Translations under genes and position numbers: made by a program
Shown: in pieces, positions 17,954 through 28,483 of the stretch
Position numbering within the stretch: position 1 is the stretch's first letter
How the letters are laid out: each line of letters opens with the position of its first letter
The notes under the pieces: generated by a model
The model's input: only the letters and a program-made list of their open reading frames with translations
Databases searched by the model: none
Told to the model about the DNA's origin: nothing
Assembly (NCBI RefSeq): GCF_000012345.1
Contig: NC_007205.1
Location: forward strand, 120,001 to 152,000
DNA from: Candidatus Pelagibacter ubique HTCC1062
Lineage (GTDB): Bacteria; Pseudomonadota; Alphaproteobacteria; Pelagibacterales; Pelagibacteraceae
DNA: 32,000 bases
Reading direction: 5' to 3'

Positions 17954-18607
17954 CTAATAATTTTTTTTTCTCAAATATAAATATATTAAAAGAATTGAAA
18001 TCGCTAACGAAAACCAAGTTAATGCATATTTTTTATGATTATTTGAAATATTTGCTGTAATTGATTTTGGTTTAGGAAATTCATTATTTCCAGAAAGATA
18101 AATTACATAAGGAGAAAAATTTTTACCTGTGAATTTAAAAATATCATCTCTATCTAATGTAAACCAGTAATTTTCAGATAGATCGTTTTCAGGCTTAAAT
18201 ATATTGGGTTTGATTTGTTTTCTCAAAACTCCATTAATATAGTTTTCATCTATTACGTTTATAGTTTCATCTTCTTTTTTATTAAATGGTATCCAGCCTC
18301 TATTTAATAAATAGTTATTATTGCCAACTTTTAATGGGTTAATAACTTCAAAGCCCGGTTTCCCTTTTTCATTTAAGTTATAAAGATAAATTTGTTTTTC
18401 AAAATCAATTGATCCTCTAGTTTTAACTCTAAGATAATTTTTATGTTTACTGTTTGATAAATTGACAGGTATGTCTTTCAGAGATGTCTCTATTTGATTA
18501 ATTAATTCTAATTTCCAATTAAGTCTAATAATTTGCCAACTCCCTAATGCTAGAAAGACAGAAATGAAGAAAAATACAAAAATAGAAAATAAAAATTTAT
18601 ATCTCAA
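17954..18607 (-). CDS. SURF1-family cytochrome oxidase biogenesis protein
   Basis: 217 aa. N-terminal TM with the LGSWQIIRLNWK motif, a C-terminal TM, and position after coxC. The only available start is TTG (18605-18607). Confidence 0.85.
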   Translation of the reverse strand: MRYKFLFSIFVFFFISVFLALGSWQIIRLNWKLELINQIETSLKDIPVNLSNSKHKNYLRVKTRGSIDFEKQIYLYNLNEKGKPGFEVINPLKVGNNNYLLNRGWIPFNKKEDETINVIDENYINGVLRKQIKPNIFKPENDLSENYWFTLDRDDIFKFTGKNFSPYVIYLSGNNEFPKPKSITANISNNHKKYALTWFSLAISILLIYLYLRKKNY

Positions 18608-18617
18608 GAGCTAAAAA

Positions 18618-19406
18618 TTAACTTCCCCAAATATAAATGGCAGCAAATAAAAATAGCCACACAACATCTACAAAGTGCCAATACCAAGCAGCTGCTTCAA
18701 ATCCAAAGTGATGCTTTTCAGTAAAGTGACCTTTTCTTGCTCTCATTAAACATACCGCTAAAAATATAGTACCAATGATAACGTGAAAACCATGAAAGCC
18801 TGTTGCCATATAAAATACTGAGCCATATATATTTCCTGCAAAATCAAAAGTTGCATGCTGATATTCATAAACTTGCAGTAGTGAAAAAGAAAAACCAAGT
18901 ATCACTGTTAGAACTAGTCCTTGAATAAAGCTTTTTCTATCACCTTCTAACAATGCGTGGTGTGACCATGTTACTGTCGTTCCTGATAATAATAAAATTA
19001 ATGTATTGATTAGTGGGATATCCCATGGATCAAAAGTTACAATATCTTTGGGTGGCCATATTCCTCCTATTGCTAAAGATGGAAATAAACTTGCATCAAA
19101 ATAAGCCCAAAACCATGCAACAAAGAACATAACTTCTGAAGCAATGAACAATGTCATTCCATATCTGTGGTGAATTTGTACTACTGGTGTGTGATGACCT
19201 TGGTGCTCTGCTTCGATAACAACATCTCTAAACCACATGTATGTTCCATATAATAGTAGTGCTAATCCCAAATACATTCCCCAAGAAACTTCGCTATGTA
19301 GATAATAAACTGAACCTATTGCTAAAATTAAGCATGAAAATGAAACGTAGATAGGCCATGGACTTGGGTCTACTAAATGATAGTCATGTTTTTTTTCTGC
19401 GGACAT
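18618..19406 (-). CDS. ctaE: Cytochrome c oxidase subunit III
   Basis: 262 aa. HDYHLVDPSPWP N-terminus, 7-TM pattern and WYWHFVDVVWLFL C-terminal motif. Confidence 0.95.
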   Translation of the reverse strand: MSAEKKHDYHLVDPSPWPIYVSFSCLILAIGSVYYLHSEVSWGMYLGLALLLYGTYMWFRDVVIEAEHQGHHTPVVQIHHRYGMTLFIASEVMFFVAWFWAYFDASLFPSLAIGGIWPPKDIVTFDPWDIPLINTLILLLSGTTVTWSHHALLEGDRKSFIQGLVLTVILGFSFSLLQVYEYQHATFDFAGNIYGSVFYMATGFHGFHVIIGTIFLAVCLMRARKGHFTEKHHFGFEAAAWYWHFVDVVWLFLFAAIYIWGS

Positions 19407-19408
19407 TT

Positions 19409-19945
19409 TTATAATTTTGATTGGTTATAGTAATCTGATGAAAAAAAAGTATAGGACATAGTTACATCTTTAATATTTTTAGTATTGGGATCATTTACCA
19501 TTTCTGGATCCAAATAAAAAGTCATAATATAAGTGGCCTTTTCGCCTGCTTTTAAGGCCTGTTTTTCAAAACAAAAACATCCCAATTTGCTATAATATTT
19601 ACCAAATGATGATGGGGAAACATTGAAAGATGCAACTCCATAAGTCGTTTCATTGCCATAGTTTTCAACTTCAAATTCGATTCGGTTCACTTGACCAATT
19701 TTAACATCCATAACATTTGTTTTTGCTTTAAAATTCCAAGGAAGTTTATTTACATTTGTATCAAAACGAACGCTAACTTTTTGGTTTAAAATTATATCTG
19801 GCGCTTCTCTTGATATTTGTGTTGTTCCACCAAACCCAGTTACTCTACAAAATAAATCATACAAGGGTACTGCAGCAAATGAGAGTCCTAACATTAAAAA
19901 AAATATTCCAGCTAAAAGAATTGGAGTTAAGGTTTTATTTTTCAC
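19409..19945 (-). CDS. ctaG: Cytochrome c oxidase assembly protein CtaG/Cox11 (CuB insertion)
   Basis: 178 aa. N-terminal TM, FCRVTGFGGTT and the CFCF copper motif. GTG start at 19943-19945. Confidence 0.9.
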   Translation of the reverse strand: MKNKTLTPILLAGIFFLMLGLSFAAVPLYDLFCRVTGFGGTTQISREAPDIILNQKVSVRFDTNVNKLPWNFKAKTNVMDVKIGQVNRIEFEVENYGNETTYGVASFNVSPSSFGKYYSKLGCFCFEKQALKAGEKATYIMTFYLDPEMVNDPNTKNIKDVTMSYTFFSSDYYNQSKL

Positions 19946-20070
19946 TATATTGATCTATCAAAAACACCCGTATTATAAAGTGTAAAAAAAAACAGAAATA
20001 TCATAAATCCTATTATTGCTACTGCTGTTAAAATATTTTTTCGCTTAGTTTTTTTGTCTGGTATCATCAT
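19945..20070 (-). CDS. Small single-TM membrane protein (41 aa), not in the supplied ORF track
   Basis: My manual translation is MMIPDKKTKRKNILTAVAIIGFMIFLFFFTLYNTGVFDRSI. Its ATG overlaps the ctaB TGA (ATGA, 20067-20070) and its TAG shares a G with the ctaG GTG start (19943-19947). It fills what would otherwise be a 121-nt gap in a cluster whose other gaps are at most 29 nt. Confidence 0.5.
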   Translation of the reverse strand: MMIPDKKTKRKNILTAVAIIGFMIFLFFFTLYNTGVFDRSI

Positions 20071-20981
20071 AATATCTTATCTATCAAAAAAATAACGAAT
20101 ATCAAAAACAAATATAAAATTGAATATCCAAATATTGTTTTTGCTTTCTTGGGGTTAAATTTATTTATTTTAAACTTATAAAGCTCAAAACATAAAATGT
20201 TATAATACAATGTAAGCATTAGGGCTGGTACTAGAAATACTAATCCAACAAAATCTATTGCGTAGGGTAAAATAACCATTGGCAACATTAATAATGAATA
20301 AACTAAAATATTTATTTTAGTGCTCTCTATCCCATTAGTTAATGGAAGCATTGGAATTTTTGCCTTTTTATAATCATCTGATTTATAAAGACTTAACGCC
20401 CAAAAATGCGATGGTGTCCAAAAAAATATAATCAGAAAAAAGGTTATTGGCTCAAGAGATAATGAGTTAGTTGCTATAGTCCATCCAATTACTGGCGGTA
20501 ATGCTCCTGCAGCACCTCCAATGACAATGTTTTGTGGAGTTTTTCTCTTTAACCAGATTGTATAAACAAAAACATAAAATAAAATTGTAAACAGCAGTAA
20601 TACTGCTGAAATTGTATTAGCAAAATAATCTAATGCGATTACTGAAAAAAATGAAAGTGATGTTCCAAAAATTAAGGCTTGGTTTTTATTAACCTTTCCC
20701 ATTGGAATTGGTCTCAAGCAAGTTCTTGTCATTAATGCATCAAGATCAGATTCGTACCACATATTTAGAGCACCAGCGGCTCCTGCACCAATTGATACTA
20801 AAAGAATTGCAATCATTGCATCTTTTGTAGAAACTGTAGAAGGCGCCATTAACAAACCCACAGCACACGTGAAGATTACCAAAGACATTACCCTTGGTTT
20901 CATTAGCTTGAATAATTCAGAAAAATTAAACACATTCACTTGGTTTAAATTTCTATTTTTTAATTTAGAGTTAATCATCAA
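20067..20981 (-). CDS. ctaB: Protoheme IX farnesyltransferase (heme O synthase)
   Basis: 304 aa UbiA-superfamily polytopic protein. LMKPRV N-terminal motif, YESDLDALMTRTCLRPIP, and position between coxA and ctaG. Confidence 0.93.
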   Translation of the reverse strand: MMINSKLKNRNLNQVNVFNFSELFKLMKPRVMSLVIFTCAVGLLMAPSTVSTKDAMIAILLVSIGAGAAGALNMWYESDLDALMTRTCLRPIPMGKVNKNQALIFGTSLSFFSVIALDYFANTISAVLLLFTILFYVFVYTIWLKRKTPQNIVIGGAAGALPPVIGWTIATNSLSLEPITFFLIIFFWTPSHFWALSLYKSDDYKKAKIPMLPLTNGIESTKINILVYSLLMLPMVILPYAIDFVGLVFLVPALMLTLYYNILCFELYKFKINKFNPKKAKTIFGYSILYLFLIFVIFLIDKIL

Positions 20982-21010
20982 TATTTAATATAGAAAAAGC
21001 TGTAACTTTA

Positions 21011-23463
<2,453 letters not shown>

Positions 23464-23478
23464 TTGTTACACACTATA

Positions 23479-23507
23479 TAAAGTGTCTTTTAAAAAATTA
23501 CACTTTA
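23479..23507. promoter_or_regulatory. 8-bp inverted repeat with 13-nt spacer in the rsmE-coxB spacer (cox promoter region)
   Basis: TAAAGTGT (23479-23486) and ACACTTTA (23500-23507). It is preceded by TATATAAAGTGTCTT, which resembles TATATAAGTGTCTT at 26009-26022. Confidence 0.3.
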
Positions 23508-23524
23508 GTTTTCGCGACAAAATA

Positions 23525-24226
23525 TCAATTAATTAGGTAATTAACAATTGATAAGGCTGAAATTACAGCAGTTTCTGATCTAAGTATATTTTCGTTTATT
23601 TTAATTGGCTGAACCCCTTTAAAGGCAAGAATCTCCCCCCTTTCTTCTTCAGAAAAATCTCCCTCTGGACCAATAATTACACAAGTTGGATTATGAGCTA
23701 ATTTATTAAAATCTAATTTTTTATTTTCAGAATTTAAATCTGTGAATATTAAGTCCATCTTTTCATGATTTAAAAAACTTTTTAATGATTGGGGATCTTC
23801 AATAAGCGGAACATTAATACGATTAGATTGCTCAGCAGCTTCTATGATTACTTTTTCTAATCTTTCTTTATTTATTTTTCTAACAATTGTTCTATCAAAT
23901 ATTATTGGTAAAAATTTTGTAACACCAAGCTCTGTTGCTTTTTGAATCATAAAATTAAAATAATTTGATTTAATGGGTGAAAAAGCTAACCACAAATCTT
24001 TTACATTTTCTTTTTGTCTTAATTGTTTTGTAATATTAAATTCAACTATACTTTTTGAAATAGTTAAAATTTTTGCTTCCCACTCTCCACTGTTATTAAA
24101 TAAAGAAAAAACCTCGCCCACTTTGATTCTCATTACTTTATTCACATAGTGAGATTGAGATTTATCAAGCTTAGCAGTTAAATTAAGTGATAAACTTTCT
24201 TTAAAAAATAATCTAATATTACTCAT
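23525..24226 (-). CDS. rsmE: 16S rRNA (uracil1498-N3)-methyltransferase RsmE
   Basis: 233 aa. N-terminal PUA-like region (HYVNKVMRIKVGEVFSLFNNSGEWEAKI) and C-terminal SPOUT knot (IGPEGDFSEEE...LRSETA). Confidence 0.88.
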   Translation of the reverse strand: MSNIRLFFKESLSLNLTAKLDKSQSHYVNKVMRIKVGEVFSLFNNSGEWEAKILTISKSIVEFNITKQLRQKENVKDLWLAFSPIKSNYFNFMIQKATELGVTKFLPIIFDRTIVRKINKERLEKVIIEAAEQSNRINVPLIEDPQSLKSFLNHEKMDLIFTDLNSENKKLDFNKLAHNPTCVIIGPEGDFSEEERGEILAFKGVQPIKINENILRSETAVISALSIVNYLIN

Positions 24227-24243
24227 TAATGTTAAGTTAATTT

Positions 24244-24906
24244 ATGAAAAATATTAAAGCAATAATTTTTGATGCATATGGCACTTTATTTGATGTCAAT
24301 TCAGCAGCAGAAAAATGTAAAGATAAAATTGGTGATAAGTGGGAAGGTTTTGCAAATTACTGGCGAACTACTCAATTAGAATACACTTGGCTCAGAAGTC
24401 TAATGAATAGACATAAAGACTTTTGGCAGGTGACAGAAGATAGTTTGGATAAATCTATGAAGGCTTACGAAATAGATTTATCAATGAAAAATGAATTATT
24501 AAATCTTTATAAGGTGCTCTCACCTTTTCCTGAAGTACCTGAAATTTTAAAAAGATTAAAAGAAAAAAATTATAAATTAGGTATTCTTTCAAATGGAACA
24601 CCCTCACTTCTTGATGAATTAGTTAAGAGTAATAATTTAGATAATATATTTGATGATATTTTTTCAATTGAAGAAGTTGGAATTTATAAACCAGACTCAA
24701 AAGTTTATGACATGCCAATTAAAAAATACAAAATACAAAAAGAAGAAGTCGCATTTTTAAGTGCTAATACTTGGGATGTTTCTGGTGGTGGAAATTATGG
24801 TTACAATTCTATTTGGGTAAACAGAAATAATAATATTTTTGATAACCTTGATTATAAACCTGAAGATGAGGTTAAGAACTTAAAACAATTGCTTGATATT
24901 ATCTAA
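24244..24906 (+). CDS. Type II haloacid dehalogenase (L-2-haloacid dehalogenase-like HAD hydrolase)
   Basis: 220 aa. Nucleophile motif IIFDAYGTLFD, then LSNG, YKPD and SANTWDVSGG motifs in HAD order. The DAYGTL plus cap pattern is typical of L-2-haloacid dehalogenases. Confidence 0.8.
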   Translation: MKNIKAIIFDAYGTLFDVNSAAEKCKDKIGDKWEGFANYWRTTQLEYTWLRSLMNRHKDFWQVTEDSLDKSMKAYEIDLSMKNELLNLYKVLSPFPEVPEILKRLKEKNYKLGILSNGTPSLLDELVKSNNLDNIFDDIFSIEEVGIYKPDSKVYDMPIKKYKIQKEEVAFLSANTWDVSGGGNYGYNSIWVNRNNNIFDNLDYKPEDEVKNLKQLLDII

Positions 24907-25258
24907 TTCTATTTTCTTCAAAATTCTTATTTAGTTTTACTGAAATAGTTCGAGTATTTCTTTTATTCCACTCTGAAAAGGATCTTAAGATAGGCATAAC
25001 CGAAAGCCCAAATTCTGTAAGTGAATACTCAACTTTTGGGGGCATTATTCGAATTACTTTTCTATTAATTATTCCATCTCCTTCTAGTTCCTTAAGCTGC
25101 TTGGATAACATTTGTTGTGTAATGGTTTTTAATCCTTTTTTGAGCTCACCAAATCTAATTTTTTTACTTTGCAGCAAACTAAACAAAATTCTAATTTTCC
25201 ATTTACCTCCAAGAAAGTAAACGGCTCTTTCAGCTGGACAATCTATTAAATTTTTCAT
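24899..25258 (-). CDS. HxlR-family winged-helix transcriptional regulator
   Basis: 119 aa. CPAERAVYFLGGKWKIRILFSL N-terminus, recognition-helix region ITQQMLSKQLKELEGDGII and the wing PPKVEYSLTEFG. Confidence 0.9.
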   Translation of the reverse strand: MKNLIDCPAERAVYFLGGKWKIRILFSLLQSKKIRFGELKKGLKTITQQMLSKQLKELEGDGIINRKVIRIMPPKVEYSLTEFGLSVMPILRSFSEWNKRNTRTISVKLNKNFEENRIR

Positions 25259-25352
25259 GGTATGTTTTTGTATACTAGTATGTTTACTTTGCGTTATTGC
25301 TTTATTAATACCAAAGCACTAAATAGAAGTCAAATAAATTGAAAGGATCAAT
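25259..25352. promoter_or_regulatory. Divergent promoter/operator region between the HxlR-type regulator and the CDGSH gene
   Basis: Perfect 10-bp palindrome ATACTAGTAT at 25272-25281. Direct repeat GTATGTTT at 25260-25267 and 25278-25285. Sigma70-like TTGCTT (25297-25302), 17-nt spacer, TAAATA (25320-25325). AAAGGA ribosome-binding site at 25342-25347. At 94 nt this is one of the longest spacers in the window. Confidence 0.4.
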
Positions 25353-25589
25353 ATGACTAAAGGACAAAACGCAGGTAACGGACCAATTGCAGTAGATGTA
25401 GAGAAAGATAAATCTTACTACTGGTGTTCATGTGGAAAGAGTTCAAAGCAACCATTTTGTGATGGATCTCATCAAGGTTCAGAATTCACTCCTCTGGCTT
25501 ACAAAGCAGAAGAAACAAAAAAAGTATTTTTTTGTGCTTGTAAACAAACTAACAACCAGCCTCTTTGCGATGGTTCACACAGTAAGTAA
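25353..25589 (+). CDS. CDGSH-type iron-sulfur protein with two [2Fe-2S] motifs (mitoNEET/Miner-like)
   Basis: 78 aa. CSCGKSSKQPFCDGSH and CACKQTNNQPLCDGSH both fit C-x-C-x2-(S/T)-x3-P-x-C-D-G-S-H. Confidence 0.9.
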   Translation: MTKGQNAGNGPIAVDVEKDKSYYWCSCGKSSKQPFCDGSHQGSEFTPLAYKAEETKKVFFCACKQTNNQPLCDGSHSK

Positions 25590-25999
25590 TGATTAAAGCA
25601 AGTAAAAGAACTAAAAATATGAACAATATCTTAGATCTGACTGGTAGAATACTTATCTCTCTAATTTTTTTGTTAAGTGGAATTAATAAAATTGGAAACT
25701 ATGAAGGAACAGTTGGTTGGATGGAGTCTTTAGGTGTGCCTGGCATTTTTTTAATACCAGCTATCATACTTGAGATAGGTGCACCGATATTAATTATGAT
25801 TGGATATAAAGTAAAAGTTTCAGCAGCTTTATTAAGTATATTTTGTATCGCCACAGCGGTTATTTTTCATAATAATCTTTCTGATCAAATGCAGTTTATA
25901 TCTTTTATGAAAAATATTGCTCTTGCTGGGGGTTTTTTATTCTTAGTTGTTAATGAAACAAAAGATTTCAGTCTAGATAAAAAATTAAATAATCGTTAA
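25589..25999 (+). CDS. DoxX-family integral membrane protein
   Basis: 136 aa with 4 TM segments. The pattern LTGRILISLIFLLSGINKI...FHN...NIALAGGFL is typical of DoxX/DoxD-like proteins. The start overlaps the CDGSH stop (TAATG, 25587-25591). Confidence 0.85.
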   Translation: MIKASKRTKNMNNILDLTGRILISLIFLLSGINKIGNYEGTVGWMESLGVPGIFLIPAIILEIGAPILIMIGYKVKVSAALLSIFCIATAVIFHNNLSDQMQFISFMKNIALAGGFLFLVVNETKDFSLDKKLNNR

Positions 26000-26010
26000 T
26001 TAACTAAATA

Positions 26011-26047
26011 TATAAGTGTCTTGATGCTTTAAATTAAGACACTTATA
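26011..26047 (+). terminator. Perfect 12-bp inverted repeat (13-nt loop): candidate terminator, attenuator or processing hairpin between doxX and the CDGSH::GltS-like gene
   Basis: TATAAGTGTCTT (26011-26022) and AAGACACTTATA (26036-26047), 12 nt after the DoxX stop. It is followed by AAAAATT rather than a T-tract, so it is not a canonical intrinsic terminator on the plus strand. Confidence 0.35.
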
Positions 26048-26095
26048 AAAATTACATATTATTTTAAGATTTAATTTATTAGAGTAAGGGTATTA

Positions 26096-27634
26096 ATGGA
26101 CAAGCCAACTATAGCAGATAACAAACCTAAAAAAGTAGAACTAGTACAAAATGAAGAATACATGTTTTGTACTTGTGGAAAATCTAAAAACCAACCATTT
26201 TGTGATTGGTCTCATGCTGGTACTTCATTTGAGCCTATAAATTTTAAAGCTGAAGAAACTGGTGATGCTTATCTTTGTATGTGTAAACATAGTAGTACCA
26301 AACCTTATTGTGACGGTACGCATAAAAATTTTACCTCTGATCAAATTAATAAATCAGAAGAAGTTTCAGGCACTAATGAAACAAAGAGTACAGAAGAAGA
26401 GCCACATCTTGCATACATTCATGAGCTTGCAAAAAATGGCTTAACAAAACTTGGTCATCATGGAGAAATGGGAGCAATGGGTGTTCCCTCAAAAGACTTG
26501 CCAAAGTGGGAAGATATTCAAATACTTACAGCCCAACTAGCAAAAAAACCTCTTCTAGATAATGATAAAGTTGAGACAGATATAATTATAGGTAAAAACT
26601 CAAATAAACCTCTAACGTTAAAGATTCCAATTTTTGTATCTGACATGAGCTTTGGTGCGCTATCAGAGGAGGCAAAAATTGCTCTAGCAAAAGGTGCTGA
26701 GGGAGCTGGTACAGGAATTTGCTCCGGAGAAGGTGGAATGCTTTTAGAAGAGCAAAAAAATAATTCAAAGTATTTTTATGAACTTGCTTCTGCTAAATTT
26801 GGTTATTCAGAAGATAAGTTAAAAAATATTCAAGCTTTTCATTTTAAAGGTGGTCAAGCTGCAAAAACTGGAACAGGTGGACATTTACCAGGGAACAAAG
26901 TTAAAGGTAAAATATCTGAGGTAAGACAAATTCCAGAAGGTGAAGATGCTATCTCCCCTTCTACTTTCAAAGACCTGACAACAGTTGATGATTTTTTAAA
27001 ATTCTCAAACAGAGTTAGAGAGTTAACTGGTGGTATTCCAATAGGATTTAAATTATCTGCTCAACATATAGAAGATGACATTGAATTTGCCGTAAGTGCT
27101 AGTGCTGATTATATTATTCTTGATGGGCGTGGTGGTGGAACTGGGGCTGCTCCTTTAATATTTAGAGATAATATTTCTGTTCCCACAATTCCAGCCTTAG
27201 CAAGAGCTAGAAATTATTTAGATAAAAAAGGTTATGACCATGTATCATTAATTGTAACAGGTGGATTAAGAACTTCTGCAGATTTTGTAAAAGCACTTGC
27301 TCTTGGAGCAGATGGTATTGCAATCTCTAACTCAGCCATGCAAGCAATAGGATGCGTTGGTGCTAGAATGTGTAATACAAATAATTGCCCCGCTGGTATT
27401 GCCACTCAAAGACCAGAACTTAGAAAAAAATTAAATATTGACGAATCTTCTGCAAGATTAACTAGATTTTTTAATGCATCTGTAGATCTAATGAAGATAT
27501 TAGCAAGAGCATGCGGACATGATCATCTTAATAAACTTTCTATAAATGATTTAACAACTTGGAAGAAGGAAATGAGCGAACTATCTGGTGTGTCATTTGG
27601 TGGAATTATAAATAATAAGCAAAACAATAAATAG
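26096..27634 (+). CDS. Fusion protein: N-terminal double-CDGSH [2Fe-2S] module plus glutamate-synthase-type FMN/Fe-S domain (GltB central-domain-like, no amidotransferase domain)
   Basis: 512 aa. CTCGKSKNQPFCDWSH and CMCKHSSTKPYCDGTH in aa 25-76, then an acidic linker. The rest carries GltS FMN-domain motifs: GQAAKTGTGGHLPGNKV, LDGRGGGTGAAP, TGGLRTSADFVKALALGADGI, and the Fe-S motif C-x5-C-x4-CP (CVGARMCNTNNCP). Confidence 0.85.
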   Translation: MDKPTIADNKPKKVELVQNEEYMFCTCGKSKNQPFCDWSHAGTSFEPINFKAEETGDAYLCMCKHSSTKPYCDGTHKNFTSDQINKSEEVSGTNETKSTEEEPHLAYIHELAKNGLTKLGHHGEMGAMGVPSKDLPKWEDIQILTAQLAKKPLLDNDKVETDIIIGKNSNKPLTLKIPIFVSDMSFGALSEEAKIALAKGAEGAGTGICSGEGGMLLEEQKNNSKYFYELASAKFGYSEDKLKNIQAFHFKGGQAAKTGTGGHLPGNKVKGKISEVRQIPEGEDAISPSTFKDLTTVDDFLKFSNRVRELTGGIPIGFKLSAQHIEDDIEFAVSASADYIILDGRGGGTGAAPLIFRDNISVPTIPALARARNYLDKKGYDHVSLIVTGGLRTSADFVKALALGADGIAISNSAMQAIGCVGARMCNTNNCPAGIATQRPELRKKLNIDESSARLTRFFNASVDLMKILARACGHDHLNKLSINDLTTWKKEMSELSGVSFGGIINNKQNNK

Positions 27635-27643
27635 AGGATAGAA

Positions 27644-28483
27644 ATGAGTAATATTGAAGTAGAAAAAATTATAGAACCAGTTGCAGCGTCAGATGGTGCT
27701 GGTGTTAAATTAAAAAGAAGTATTGGCACTCACCTTATTGATTACCACGATCCCTTTTTAATGTTGGATGAATTTGGTTCTGAAAATAAAGATGATTACA
27801 TTGGTGGTTTCCCTCCTCATCCTCACAGAGGAATTGAAACAGTAACATATATGCTTGCTGGCGACTTTGAACATAAAGACAGTACAGGTGGCGAAGGAAT
27901 AATGACTGCTGGAGATGTTCAGTGGATGAAAACTGGAAGTGGTATCATTCATTCAGAAATGCCTGCAATGAAAGAAGGTAAGCTTCATGGATTTCAATTA
28001 TGGGTAAACATGCCTGCTAAATTGAAAATGACTAAACCTGAATATATTTATATTGATGCAGATAAAATGAGCACTCATAAAGATGATGATAAAACTGTCA
28101 AAGTGATTGCTGGAAAATTTCAAGATGCAGAAGGACCTGTTAAAGGTCACAATGTTGAACCTGTTTATTTTGATGTAGAGCTTGAAAAAGGAAAAGAATT
28201 TAATTTTGATCTTCCCTCAACTCACAATTCATTAATATATTTAGTTGAGGGTGAAATTAAAGTTGGCAATCAAGATCATGATGCCGTTAAAGATTCTACT
28301 TTAATTATTCTAACTAGAGGTGAAAAATTAAAAGTATCTAGCTTAACTAAAGCCAAGTTTTTATTGATATCTGGAAAGCCAATTGGTGAGCCTATTGCTA
28401 GAGGGGGTCCATTTGTAATGAATACTAAAGCAGAGATCTTGCAAGCAGTTCAAGATTATCATAATGATACATTTGTAAAATAA
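27644..28483 (+). CDS. Pirin-family bicupin protein
   Basis: 279 aa. The metal-binding motif FPPHPHRGIETVTYMLAG..EHKDS.G, then IHSE and FQLWVN, is typical of pirins. Confidence 0.9.
   Translation: MSNIEVEKIIEPVAASDGAGVKLKRSIGTHLIDYHDPFLMLDEFGSENKDDYIGGFPPHPHRGIETVTYMLAGDFEHKDSTGGEGIMTAGDVQWMKTGSGIIHSEMPAMKEGKLHGFQLWVNMPAKLKMTKPEYIYIDADKMSTHKDDDKTVKVIAGKFQDAEGPVKGHNVEPVYFDVELEKGKEFNFDLPSTHNSLIYLVEGEIKVGNQDHDAVKDSTLIILTRGEKLKVSSLTKAKFLLISGKPIGEPIARGGPFVMNTKAEILQAVQDYHNDTFVK

Noticed and set aside
26262-26444. Alternative-frame and antisense ORFs within the CDGSH::GltS-like, pirin and neighbouring genes (26262-26444, 26586-26768, 27523-27729, 27758-27952)
   Set aside because: They overlap strongly motif-supported frames and lack any recognisable features of their own.
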